A stretch of DNA of 64,000 nt from Octopus vulgaris (Eukaryota): NCBI GenBank assembly GCA_951406725.2, contig OX597815.1, positions 78,678,001 through 78,742,000 of the forward strand, in the 5' to 3' direction. Each line of letters starts with the position of its first letter. The first letter of the stretch is position 1. The position numbers and the translations under genes were made by a program. Positions 26,761 to 40,629 of the stretch are shown here, in pieces. The notes beneath the pieces are model-generated. The model was not told where the DNA came from. It did no database searches and worked only from the letters and a program-made list of their open reading frames with translations.

Positions 26761-28074
26761 AGAAATATTCTGCAGTTTTCATTTATCAAACTTTCTCACG
26801 TATTGGGGAATCCCAAGGTTATTGTAGAAATGTTTTTGTTTTTAAAGTACCACAAGAAATGTTTAAACCTGAGAATGTGGTTTGTCACGGTGTGCTTGGA
26901 GCTAAACAAGAAGGAGAAAATAAAACTCAAGACTGCAGGTTAATAAATAACTTGAAATTGTAGCCAAATAACACTAGCTTAAAAAAAGAAATATTGAAAG
27001 AAAATATTGAGTCAATAAATCTGAGAAAAAGATGAGATGGTAATGACTGGGACAATTTGATCATAGGTTTATCCAATCAGAATCTACCTGAAGCTAAATA
27101 GCAATCACTCAGTTTGTTGTGCACTAGTTTCTCCTCTTGATGATTCACTTTCTCATAAAGAGAAAAACTCTCGAATGTAACTTCTAAATCTCCATGTCTG
27201 ATTATATAGAGAGAATATCTTTCTAGTATAACTTTTGGAAGTTACAGTCATATACAAAATGACTTGTTTAATTTCAGGTGATCCTTATACAAGCAAACCA
27301 ATTGTCAAAGTCATTCCATCTGATCTTATTTTCAAGACAGTGTATTTAGGACTAAATCCATAGTCATTGCCATTACTCACAAGTGAGTATAATCTATGTA
27401 TCATGCTTTTGCTAATTGCTTTAAGTGCCCATATAATTGTAAGCAAGAAATAGATACTCTCTTGGCCTAGCAGAACATTAAGGATGTGACAGCTGGACAA
27501 AGAGAAGGCTGCAGTAGTACTTGACTGGTATTCTCATTTTTCAGTTAAGTAGACAGGAGCTATGCAAAATGAAGTACCTTTCTCAAGGACACAGTGTACT
27601 GCTTAGTTTATAAATCAAATAACTCACATTTTAACCATAAAGTCATGTGCCTTTTGTGAGGAATATAAGATCAGATATAATAAGCATGGTTATTTATTTA
27701 GGTTCAGAGGCAGGATTAATTCAACCTCTATCACCATATCTCCAGAAATTAAAGCATAGTGTAATGAAAAAGGTTCCTATCATAGATTTTGCATCCTTGT
27801 ACACTCATGGAGCTAAATGATGTACATGAGGCTTATCTGCAAAATTCCATATTCTGATACAGCAAACAAATTGTCAAATAAAAATCTAAATTTCATCGTT
27901 TTCCACCATAAAACAAACTTTCTAGCATAATTATTTTAAGAACTATATTGGATAGAACAGACAAAGGATTAAATTCGGTATATAATCCTGGTGGAACAAA
28001 CTTGCATGTTTATACAGAATTATGTAAAACAAGCACTGAGGATAGCATATTTAAATAAAAAGCATAAATTTTAT

Positions 28075-29210
28075 GTAAATAGACACCCTTATAATCACTA
28101 AAGTTTATTTAAATCTGAAATTACACATTCAAATTATTTATTGTTATAATGTGAATATTTAATATTTAGTAGACATGCCCTTTGCATTTTTCAATGCAAG
28201 GACCCTATTAGGTATGTTACTGATCAGATGAATATTCTCTTGTAGAATCTCTTGCCAAGTTTCATGCAGTAATCTCAAAAGATATGGCTTTAAAGATGCT
28301 TTCTTGTTCTTTTTATGAAGTGTCCTGTCCATAATGTCCTAGAGGTGTTCAATAATGTTCATATTTGGTGAGTGGCTTGGTCATGGAAGCTTTTTAATGC
28401 CATTCTCATCCACCAAATCTTGGGTCATTTTAGCGGTGTGACAAGGATCCCCATCTTCCATAAATAAAATCTTCTTTAATCATTTTACCACTGGAGACAA
28501 TTGGAAGGAGTCCTTTCTGCAATATGGACACATATTTATCTGGGTTTATGTTTCCCTCACACTCCACCAAATTGCTTCATAACATTGCTTCCCAGACCAT
28601 CACAGAATAGCTGCCGTGTTTCATTGTTGGCTGCAATCTTTTCACATCAAATTCGTGATAAAAGAGCCTTCAGACCCACACTCAACCACTATCAGCAAAT
28701 CTGGATGCATCAGAGAATATGACAGTATCCCAAAATGCTAGTGGCCTCTCCACCATCTCACTGGCCCAATCTTTTCTCCACTTGATATTGGCTGGTCAAA
28801 GAAGTGGTTTCCTTCTTGCTGCTCTGCTATAGTAATCAAGTATGTGAAGATACCTGACAGCTGTTCTGGGACTGACCTCAACTTGTTCTGCTATGTCAAA
28901 GGCCTTGCAATGAGGATTATCCTCCACACTACTCTTAACAAAGAGAAGGGCCCTGGTTGATCTGGGTGAGGTGATGTGGACTCCTTCCTTTCTCTGATGA
29001 ATTGCACAATCACTCTAGTAACTGTAGAAAGTGAGATCCCAAGGTTTACTGCAATTTTATGCTATGTCCACCTCCAGAATGACCCACAATATGGTCTCTT
29101 TGAAATTCAGACAATTCCAAGGCTTCTTTTGTACATGGCATGATTAAACAGTCACATATAGAACCTGAAACATAAAACAATGTTTTATGGGGTGTCTATT
29201 TACTTCTGTA
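28075..29210 (-). mobile_element. Decayed Tc1-family DNA transposon
   Basis: Minus-strand peptide YYSRAARRKPLL*PANIKWRKDWA...FWDTVIFSDASRF; inverted repeats gtaaatagacaccc (28075) and gggtgtctatttac (29190). Confidence 0.85.
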
Positions 29211-29939
29211 TAATTCATAATTTAATTGTTCTCAACAGCTGTTGCAATGGAATAAAACATTATTATATAAATATGTTATTAAAATACAAAAATGATGTGT
29301 TACCTATATCTTTGGGAGAAAAGAATTAAAACTGGTAATCAGGCAACTTATCTTTTTCTTGTTTCAGTCATTGGACTGTGGCAGTGCTGGAGCACTACCT
29401 GAAGGGTTTAGTCACACAAATCTGACTCCAATACTTATTTTCTTATTCTATCAGTTTGTTTTGCTAAACCATTAAGTTATGGGTATGTAAACAAACCAAC
29501 ACCAGTTGTGAATGGGACAAACCCAAACACACATGATGGGCTTCCACACAGTTTCCAACTACCAAATTCACTCACAAGGAATTGGTCAACCTGGAGTTAT
29601 AGAAGACACTTGCTTAAAGTGCAGTGCAGTGGGACTGTACCAGAAACCAAATAGTTGTAAAGCAAGCTTCTTTAACATACAGCTAGCCCTTGCTGATATT
29701 TTTTTCTCTCTGTTCAATTGTATTTAAATCAGTAACAGTGTTATGATTATCATTTTCTCTTAAGATATAGGTAAACTTTTTAATAATTATGTACTCCAAT
29801 TAAATAATGATGTTTCAGACCATTGAAACAATTGTTAAGGACAAATATGAACTGTATGTGAAATATATATAAAGAATATTGCTGACAGTGACTTCGAAGT
29901 TTCGGCCAGTAAGTCTTTGTCAGGCTTTATGACAATGGC

Positions 29940-31228
29940 TAAAACTTATTCTGTTACATTTTTTGAAGTTCTTAATTTAATATAAAAAAGTGGCAATTTT
30001 ATCATTATTTCTTATCATTTTAAAGATTTTTCTTTTGTCTTCTTTCAGGTTCTGAACTAATCTTTATGCTAAGAGATATAGTTTTGTCCAAAATTAGAAT
30101 GGAATATGAACGATCTGCTGTAGTTGAAATACATCAAGCTGGCAAGTCACCTTCAGAAATTTTGAATCTTCTCAATTGGCCAAAAACAAGGCAAATTTTC
30201 ATCTACCGAACCATCAATTGATTTAGGGACACTGGAGGAGTTCGAGATTGAGTGAGAACAGGACATCCCAGGTCAGTTAGGACTTCCAGGCTCAAAAAAA
30301 ATCATCAGTTCTAGAGTTCACAGAAATCCAAAGCACTCCATGAGAAAGATGGCTACTGAGCTGGGAGTTCAAGAGAATCTTTGAGGTGAGTTGTCAAAAG
30401 TGACTTTGGACTTGCTTCATTGAAACTGAAAAGTTCACAGCCTAACAACTGCTTCAAAGAGACTTGCAAGAAGTCATGCACTGCTTGAGAAACTTTATAC
30501 TCACAGCTTGGGCAAAATGCTGTTCACTGTTGAAGAAGCTCACAACAACCACAATGAAACGGGTCCTTGCAGAAAACACTCAGTCATGTCCAGAAGATAC
30601 CAGAAATATTTGCCACTCAAAAGCCCTTATCTGTGATGGTTTGGACTAGAGTATCTTCAAAGGGGAAAACTCTTCTTTTTTTTTTTTTTTAATAAAGTAG
30701 TCAAAATCAAGGCTGCAAGCTATGAAAAACTCATTATTGAGCCTGTGGTGAAACATTTAAGCCAAGAATTGTTCAACAGTGGCCCCTCTCTCTTCCAGCA
30801 GGATGGAGCACCTGCCCACACTGCAAACAGGACTCAGAAGTGACTTAGTGACAATGTCCCAGATTCCTTGTCCAAGGAAGAATGGCCTCCCTCAAGCCCA
30901 GACCTCAACCTAATGGACTTTAGCATTTGGTTCATCATGGAGACCAATGCTTGTGCTAAATCTCATCATTTAGTAGTGGATTTAAAGAGGTCTCTGCAGT
31001 GTGAATGGGAGAAAATGCTACTAGAAGTCTTGTGAGCCGCTGTTGAAGCAGTGCTTGGTAGACTTATGGCTGTAATAGAGAAACGAGGTGGATTTATTGA
31101 ATAATTTTTTGCTGTAACATTGCTGAAAATGTTAAAAACTAGTTTGCAAGTTTTCAAGTAAACTGATTCAGATTTAGCTGAAATACATTGTTTAACCTTT
31201 GTAACAGAACTTTTGGGTCACCCCACAG
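29940..31228 (+). mobile_element. Decayed Tc1/mariner transposon, DD37D (maT-type); transposase relic about 30099-31104
   Basis: MEYERSAVVEIHQAGKSPSEI... HTH region; FQQDGAPAH...WPPSSPDLNLMDFSIW with 37 residues between the last two Asp; inverted repeat remnant ttctgttaca/tgtaacagaa. Confidence 0.88.
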
Positions 31229-33679
31229 ATTAAAGTAAAATTGTTTTTATTATAACTAAACATAAAAAAAACACATTAACACACACAAACACATATGTTG
31301 AATAAGTGAGTGCATTTGGAATGTAATTGAACAAGACTTTCAACACTGGATATCAAACAATTTATTTTAAAATACATATAATCTACCCAAAATATATGTC
31401 GCTGTTCTCCTTTATTGTTTTTGCTCCCCTTGCAAAACATTATATTATTGTATTTCTTGAAATTAATAATTATTTCTAACAGTCATAAAAACTACATATC
31501 CTGGTGGGTAGAGTGTGAATAATCCCAACATGACAGATTCTTATTTTACTGAACTGCAGAAGAATGAAAGGCAAAACAAATTGACACTGGTGAGATTTGA
31601 GCTCAGGACAAACAGCATCATGACCAAATACAGCAAAGTGTTTCATCCCTCAATGTATCAATTATATCTCGTCATCTCACTTGCCCATTTTAATAATGGT
31701 TTCTAACATAAGAAAATAGACAAAGCATTTTCTGGTGAGGGGTAAAAAAAAAAAGCAAAAAAAAGCTGATTAATCAACTTCAATATTTCACTGAGACTGA
31801 GTTTACCAACTCCTAAAAGGATGAAATGCAAAGTTAATTTTGGCACATAAAAGTATATAACTAAATACCATAAGTCATTTTCTGTCCATCATTTGATAGA
31901 TTCTGCTCTTCACTGCCCTTTCTTTAAATTAATAATCTCAATTAGTAAAATGAGATAACCAATGAATTGCTTAAAATTTAAGTACCAGGTTTGAAGACAT
32001 GAAAAGGAAATGACAAACAATAATTATATTTATCATTATCATCCATGTAAAGGTGAGGCATGGCTTTTAACCTTCTATGTAATACCAGGCTTGATTCAAA
32101 AATGTATATATGTATGATAAAATCAGAAAAATAAATTTTTTTTTATTATAACAAGTAGATTCAAAAAAAGGAAAAAAAAAGAAAAAGAATTTTCAAGTTA
32201 CATGAAATTCAGTGAAGAAATCAGGAAAAAGAATTTCCATTCTGAGATGGAAATTAAAATGGATGTGGATGGGTTGTAGGAATTAGATTTTGTATAAACA
32301 TTTTAAGAGAATATAAGTAAAATGTAAGACTCAAAGAAAACTTAAATTGACTTAATTCTTCATTGAATATATACATAATAATAATGTTGGCCTGCTTACT
32401 TAGCCAGCAGAGTGGTATCATTCAAAAGCTCTAAGGAAATACATTGTGCAGGGGCTTCAAATTAATATTGAAAATAATCGAAGAATTTAAAGGAAATTTA
32501 GTAAAATGACTAATAATAAAAAGCTTTTGTTCCTTTTATCATTTATGATTTTATTATAAATCTAGTAGATATATTACTCATCCATGAAACAACTCATCAA
32601 TTTCCAAACATTAAACAAAAAAAAGTAAAAAATAAAATTACACCTTAATTAAAATTCTCATTCCTATTGAGAATTTCTAATCCAGGATAAATCAACTTCT
32701 GAAAACAAAACTGCTTAAGCTATGTTCTGACTTCTCAAAAGAACTAAAATATTTCATTCTGGAGAAAAAGTTTAAAAAAATACATATAATGTAAAAATAT
32801 GTAATGCCTCTTAAGACATGGTAATTAATTTCACTTTATTTATAGCGTTAATTAGATAAGAGATAAACCACTACATGGACAGAACACTAGTCTGTCACAA
32901 GTAAACATTTCCTGATCATCTGGTACTCATTGCTAACAGCTAAATTAACTGAGGCAGTGTAGAATAACCAATCATGACCCTATGTCTAAGGAAATACACT
33001 GTTTAGGGAATTCCAATTAATTTTTAACATAATCAAAGTCTTTTAAGGGAATTTAGTAAAATAATTCTTTTACAATTAAGCTACTATTTGGAATATAACA
33101 AATGTATAGAATTATAATGGAAAATTTTAATTGAATATGAATACTTTAAAACAAAGAATGTTTTGTATCATAAGAAACATATATATGAAAAGGGGAGAAG
33201 AGAAAAGGATTCTGGCCATAGATAAAACAAAACACCTCTAGATTTGACCAAGTAGGTAAAAACAGTCTATCACATCAAATATGTGTGTGTGTGCGTATGT
33301 ATATATATACACACACACCATGCTTGGAATCATGTGATAGTTGTTGACAGAGCATTTGACTATAAAATCTGCTTCAACAAACTTCATCTGACCCATGCAA
33401 GCATGGAAAAGTAGATGTTAAATGATGATGATGTGCATATGTATGTATTATCAGTTAGTTGTCTATAAGTCAGGAAGAAAGCTCACTCAATATGAGAAAT
33501 AGAATGGTTACATTTTTATATCATCAGATAGTATATTGCTGATTATAGTATATAACTGGTCAATGTGTTACCATCAGTTTCATATCAAATAATGTACTTC
33601 ATAATATTCACAACTTTTCATGCTTCCAACAACCATGTCTGAAGAGTTGTCAATATTGCCAAGTGCACATACATATATT

Positions 33680-34012
33680 ATTATGGCTGCCCCCTCGTTA
33701 TCGAGTATGGCCATTGCACGAAGCTTAACTGTTATTGGTGCTGTGATCAAATGTGACTTTTTAGCCCAGCAAAAGATCAATAATGTCTTGTACAGAATTG
33801 GCAGCTAAAACCTTTACCGGTAATAGCCAGCTGTAGTTGTAACTGGGCTTCATGTACCTTTGCATGTCATTTAAGTCCTCCTGCCGAATTACACTCTTGT
33901 CCACATGCCCGACAGATATGATTAGTATGGTGTGTTACACCACCACCAGTGGCCAGGTTGTCACTCATCTGTCTCACTTTATGACTACGAAGATGACTCT
34001 TGAGTCCAGCTA
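33680..34012 (-). mobile_element. RTE-like 3' end with C2H2-like remnant (similar remnant on + at about 40870-41150)
   Basis: ICRACGQECNSAGGLK*HAKVH; the other copy reads [20 protein letters not shown]. Confidence 0.5.
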
Positions 34013-34048
34013 CATACATATATACATACATATATATATACATACATA

Positions 34049-34096
<48 letters not shown>

Positions 34097-34516
34097 GTAT
34101 CTACATACATACATACACACACACACACTCCTGCATAAATGTATAGACATGTTCCTTTATTATTTCTATTCACTTCATTATCCCTTTTCTCCTTCCCTTT
34201 CCCTGATTTTCTTCTTTATTCTATCATGTTACTACCAACTACCATCCTCTATGTATGGTCATCTTCCATTCCTCTACAGGTTTCTTATACTCCTCAGCCC
34301 TATTTTCAGTCTTCCAAAGAGGCATCTTGTTTCTCCTTCAACAAAACATCTTGATCAAAATCTTAAAATTTTCTTATTAGACTTCATGAAAATAACTACA
34401 TGTTTTATGGATTTCAATGAGGAGGTAGTCCAAGATCTAGTGTATTTTGCTTCTATTATTAAATATATATATATAATACATGTATGGATTTACAAGCAAG
34501 AAAAAAGAATACTCAA

Positions 34517-34570
<54 letters not shown>

Positions 34571-34724
34571 TGATGTGCTGAAATGCACAATAAGTTACCA
34601 TAGGGATTAGGGTTCAAGTTTCACCTATACTAAACACTTATTCTCTAATGTTGTCTATAAACCAGCATTAACAGGGACTTGGATTATAGCATAGCAATAA
34701 TAGATGAAATGAACACCATCACAC

Positions 34725-34779
34725 CATCTGATGAAATGATCTCTAATTGGTTTGAGTGATCATTGAAACATATGTCATG
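34725..34779 (+). ncRNA. Type I minimal hammerhead ribozyme, intact core
   Basis: Stem I cat/atg; CTGATGA; perfect stem II aatgatc/gatcatt; GAAA; palindromic CATATG stem III; GTC triplet. Confidence 0.75.
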
Positions 34780-35062
34780 AAATATCTGCGATACAAATAA
34801 TTTGTTTTCTGCACATTTCAACAATACACACACACATATATATATATATATGGTGATATGGTGAGGGAAAGAGAGAATGTGTTTTTATATAAAAGAAGGG
34901 GAGAGATGGAGAGAAAAAGGAGTAGGAGCATAAAAAATAAAATTACATTCAAAGGTGAAACTAATAGATATACTCACAATCACTACACAGCTCCTGATGT
35001 AATTATATGTACATAAAACAAACATATATATATACATATGTATGTATATGCAGGCACACCAC

Positions 35063-35101
<39 letters not shown>

Positions 35102-36807
35102 CATACATGCATATATATATACACACATCTTTATAGATAAGAATATGTAAATATGAACTCAGACTGGGCAAAAAAGAATTTTTTAATTGGTTGAGTACAA
35201 ATTTTTTGTAAATATCTTCAACATGCCATCTTTAAGATGGCATGTTAGCATTAATCTACAATATCATAATAAAAGCATCTGTTGTACCCAACATACTGAG
35301 TACTCTCTTACAATATATTTTATATATGAAGTCATAATTGCCTGAAAATAGTTATGTCACAGAAATGTTTTACAAGGATAACAAATAAAACAAAAATATT
35401 TCTTTCAAAATACCATACCCAATAGCTATTTATAACATATCACAAAATCAATTTTTCCAACCAGAATAAAGTTTAGAGAGGAGATAATAGGAAACAGATC
35501 TAACAGACTAGAAAGACATAAAAATGGCAAGACACGAAGTTGCAAATTCAACAATGGTAAAAATTCAGACAAAATAGGAATTAACAAATTTAAAATAATT
35601 TCCAAATCAGTGAAATAATATAGTTTCTTGTTGAAAAAAATGGTGTTCATGCTTGTCTTGCTGCTATTTATTTTTTCAACTCAAGTGAAATGAAAACCAA
35701 AGTTGGTTTGTAAAAGATAGTAAAGTTGACTTTAAACAGGATTTGAACTAAATACTGTAACATAATAAAACTAAATACTGTAACATGAAACTAAATACTG
35801 TAACATTTAGTCCAGGACTGAACTATCCTGGTCATTTCTGCTGCCCTATTCACAGAAATATTGCTGAATTTTAGCATTAACACAAGCCCACATCATTATG
35901 GGGAAAGACATAGTTGTTCATTAAGATTGATCCCAATTTTTAAGGGATACTTTATTTCATTTATGACATGTCAAGTTGAACTTGGAAGAATTTGAACTCA
36001 AAATGTAAAGGGCTGTAACTAAATGTCTGTCACTCCACTGATCCTGACAACTATCACAATTTACTTCAGTCATATTAATAACAACAACAAGATACTGAGT
36101 AACAGCTACAATTAGACCAAGTTTCTTTATAAAAACTAATGAAGATACCACTGGATATTGAAATGATATTGACATTACTTAAATATAAACAACATTTATA
36201 ACAACTGACTACTGAAGTTAGTCTAACATTTTAGTAAGATTAACATAACTCACAAGAACTGCTCTTTAGCTATTCTGTTAGCTTTTATCAGTTAAAATAT
36301 CTAACTCCACAACAGTTAATCACAAACTGTTAGTTACATATTTCTCAACAAAATTGTTACTCTATATTTCTCAAGATTAACAAAGTTTTCAATTGACTAT
36401 TCACGAGCAAAAAAAGATTTTCTCACATATTTAATTCTACAAACTAGAGAAATTCCTTCCCAGTAACTTTATTGCATTATGAAGGAAATAGAAGTATGAT
36501 TGTGTGATTAAGCAGTTTGCTTTGCAACTACATGGTTTTAGATTTGGTCCCACCATACAGCACTTTGGGTAAGTGTCTTTTAATAGAGCCATTGGTCAAC
36601 CAATGTCATGTGAGAGAATTTGAAAACTGCAGGAAGTTGATGATGATTGTATATATCCTTTAAGTTCATTTACAGGAAATGTTTTGGATTTGCATATAAA
36701 AACTCTATTTTATTATGCCAGCTACAGCCTAATAATACCAACTAGCAATACCAGTTTTTTGGGGTCATACTGAGCTGTGTCAAAATAATGTAGGATAAAA
36801 TATAGAA

Positions 36808-36865
<58 letters not shown>

Positions 36866-36877
36866 CAATAATACTAA

Positions 36878-37045
36878 ATGCGTGGAATTTATAAATATTT
36901 AAATGCATCACTATGTGCGGTTCCGTAAATCACAAGTTTCTTAAGATCATAGTCTATACTCCTGGGAATATGGACTACGATCTGAAGAAACATGATTTGT
37001 GGAAACATGCATAACAATACATTAAAATATTTAAAAATTCCATCC
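36878..37045. repeat. Degenerate palindrome (~170 bp) after a (TAA)n tract at 36808-36860
   Basis: gtttcttaagatcatagtctata / tatggactacgatctgaagaaac, with outer arms ggaatttataaatattt / aaatatttaaaaattcc. Confidence 0.7.
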
Positions 37046-37074
37046 ATGGATTATTATTATTACTACAAATATAA

Positions 37075-37109
<35 letters not shown>

Positions 37110-37872
37110 TGGGTGAAGTGTCTTCTAGTATATGCTGGGGCTGACCAAAGCCTTGTGAGCGAATTAGGCAAATGATCAAAACTGAAAGAAACCTGGTGTG
37201 TGTGTGTGTGTGAGTTGGTATCTCCTTGTCTTGACATCATGTGACAGTTGTAAACAAGTGTCACTGTCATACAGCGATATTCTTCATTTTCAATGTTCCT
37301 TGAAAACATGTCTGGCCATGGAGAAATATTACCTTGGAAACTAGTGAGTGTATGTGACAAGAAGGGCATCCTGCCATAGAAAATCTACCACAACAAATCC
37401 TGTTTGACCCATACAAACATGTAAAAGTGAACATTAAAATGGTGATGATGATGACACTTGTATATACTTATATGTATGTATATGCATGTGTGTGTTCCAT
37501 GCTTGTTGCTACTTGAATGAAGCAGTGCTGATGTTGACATTATAATCAGTTGCTCTGCACTTTTGGAAAGCTGTGAAAGAAATTCCTTACTTGAAAGACA
37601 GTAAGGGTTAGCAACAGGAAGAGCAACTGGCCATAAAATCCTACTTAAAGTAACTAACTCCCTGTCCAAAACCCATATTGGTATGGGAAAATGGATGTTA
37701 AAAAGAACGAATAAATATTTAAAATGTATGTAAATAAAATTTAAAATAATATGACTGAGAAAACCAAGTAGAGTATCTCTATAAAAAGTAATGTAACTCT
37801 AAGGAAAACACATTGCTCTCTGAAACTATTTATCATCAGGTATTCTGAAAGTATATATATATACATATATAT

Positions 37873-38390
37873 TATTTGATAGACACAATACATGTTTTTA
37901 TGTGATACTAACAATTTCATATGTTGAGAAATACCTCAAACTTATTCATCAGGCACAAACCACATATAACAAACTAAAAATTGAATGGAAGAAGAAACAC
38001 AAAAAGTTGAGAAAGAAGCATATAGAAAACGTAGAAGGTTGAATAATGGAAAATACGAAAGTGAAAAAAAGTAAAAGAGTTATCTTCTTTATCAAGTTAA
38101 TCATGTATAGGTCTGAAATTTTCAGTGATTGTTAACATGAAAAATTGGAAAATTTTACCTATACCTGATTAACTCGTTGATATCTTACTCTTTTTTACTG
38201 TTTCGTTTTCCACTTTTTTAACCTTCCATGTTTCCTATATTTTTCCTTCTCAATTTTTCGTGTTTCTTCTCTCATTCAATTTTTAGTTCATTATGATATG
38301 TGGTGTGTGCCTGATGAATATGTTTGAGGTATTTCTCAACACATGAAACTATTAGTAGCACATAAAAACATGTATTGTGTCTATTAAATA
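37873..38390. repeat. Inverted repeat with ~250-bp arms, each carrying a hammerhead motif
   Basis: tagacacaatacatgtttttatgtg... versus ...cacataaaaacatgtattgtgtcta. Confidence 0.9.
38306..38362 (+). ncRNA. Type I minimal hammerhead ribozyme, intact core
   Basis: Stem I tgtgc/gcaca; CTGATGA; stem II atatgtttgag/ctcaacacat; GAAA; short stem III C-TATTA-G; GTA cleavage triplet at 38355-38357. Confidence 0.8.
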
Positions 38391-40136
38391 TTTATCTCTC
38401 ACCAGATAGAGTACTTTATTTTGTTGATCTTACCATCACAGAACAGTACATTATATATATATACACACGCGTGTGTGTGCTTGTAAAATCACACTCATAA
38501 ATCCCAGAAATTAAAATTTCTAAAAACAAAGATTAAAATCATTATTTTCTTTTATTCATTTCCTTTTTGTTTAGTTTTACTAGCTTCAGTTATTAGGATG
38601 GGGGAGCAACATTCTATTTAAGGGATTTTAGTCAAATTTATTTACTCCTGTATTTTGTTGTCTGGTATTTAATTCATAACCATTTAAAAAGAAAAAGCAT
38701 ATCTAGCCCTAGATATCATTTAATCACTTACTTGGCCTTACTAACAATATAGATGTTAGGAAGAATAATTGTACTTCATAGTCATCCATATAGAAGTAAT
38801 TTGGCACTAAGTCAACATGATGGGAAAGATTCCTGACACAGTTCTGACAAAGTTTTGGAAAAATGAAAAGCTAAGGTGGGTTAGAAGTAATTAACAGAAT
38901 GGCATGTGGTGATAGAAGTTCCTCGAAGGAAAACATGTATCATTAGAGCGATTAACAAATTTTGCTGTAACAATTAATGCTTACTCTTGACATGTTATTT
39001 TCTTAAGATCATAACACAAGTGTACATTATGCTGTTAGAAAATAAAATTATCTGATCCATGTTGGAGCTCTGTTCTAGTCAAATGTCAACTATAGCATTT
39101 GAATGAATTTTTAGAATATATCTGGTCCCAAAAGAATAATATTTGAACATTTGTATTAGGCAGAATAGACAATAACTAAAAAGTTCTTTTTTCAATTGCT
39201 GATTGGGGATAAATTATTAATATAAAATCTATTATAACTAAGAGCAATTCTATGTTGTACTTAAATTTTTTTCTTGAGCCCTAGGGGACTCATAAGGCTG
39301 GTTACCCAATTTCCATGGCATATAAGTGATTGAGATCAAAACATACTCTAGAATGGCAGAGTTCAAAGATGGCAATTTTGAGGGTAGTGGAGAAAGTTGA
39401 TTATATTGACCCCAATACTTGACTAGTACTTAATATATTGATTCTGAAGAGATGAATGGCAAAGTTGACCTCAGCAGAATTTGAGTTCAGAACAAAGAGC
39501 CAGAAGAAATGATGCTAATGATTCTGCCAGCTCGCTGCCTATTTAGATTGCAGTGTAAAATATATATACTTGCATGAAAATTACACTAGAGAACTATTTC
39601 AGAATTTTATCCACATATCAAATTTACCGTAATTATTTATTATACAATATTAAAGAGTAATATATTCTATTGCATACATGTAGGTGTACAGTGTGTTGTA
39701 GAGAAATCTTCTCTTTCTGTATCCAAGCATATGAGGGCATTTATATTGTGTAATTCAACAAATAGGAATTCATAAAATAAGTACCAGACTGAAATAAATA
39801 CTGAGGTCAATATGATTGATTAAACCCTTGAAAATGATGCTCCAGCATGACCACAGCTCAATGTTTGAAAAATATGCGAAAGTAATTATGTTTCATAGGA
39901 AACTATTAAAAACAGGGTTTATGGTTCGGCTAAATATTTAAAAGGTTTAAATACACCACTGATGACAATATTTGTCCTGATCTAAGCTTTCTAATGACGT
40001 GAACTAATGAAGAATAAACACGCAGTGCCCATGAAATTAGTCTACACATTTTTGTTCATTATGACCTTCTTTGTTTTGTACTCATGAGATGACTTTGCAA
40101 ACAAAATATTTCAGAATCTTTACAGATAGTAATTCA

Positions 40137-40167
<31 letters not shown>

Positions 40168-40629
40168 AATTTATATTTGTTCAAAAATTAACTTTTCTTT
40201 CAATTGTAAAATTTTTGTTAATTTCAATAATTCTCTAAAAAAAAAAATAAAATAAAATTTGAAATAAATTCATCTATTAACAACCAAAGCAAAGTAAAAA
40301 ATGACAGGAAATTGGATGGCATCTGATTGTAGTAAAAAGATGAATACTGGTAATATTCCAGTGCCAAATAAGTCTATATACCACATCACTTTTAACAACA
40401 GTTTGGAATGGCAGCTGAAATACTGTGATGATCAAATTTAGAGGTTCATTAGCACAAGGAATATGGACATAGTCTTAGAACACTCTTTGAGATCAGATGA
40501 TTATTGCTTTCTGTGCATTTTTAGAGAAAATTGAAACTTGTAATGGATGGTGTTGGGTTATCTGTTAAAAAAACATAAATTTATTTAGCAATGTCCTTTA
40601 TGGTACAACTTTATACATCTTGGAAAATA

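Noticed and set aside
35748-35806. Three copies of actaaatactgtaacat
   Set aside because: Local slippage within a decayed SINE; nothing suggests function.
39959-40045. CTGATGA followed by GAAATTAGTC
   Set aside because: Stems I and II cannot be formed convincingly.
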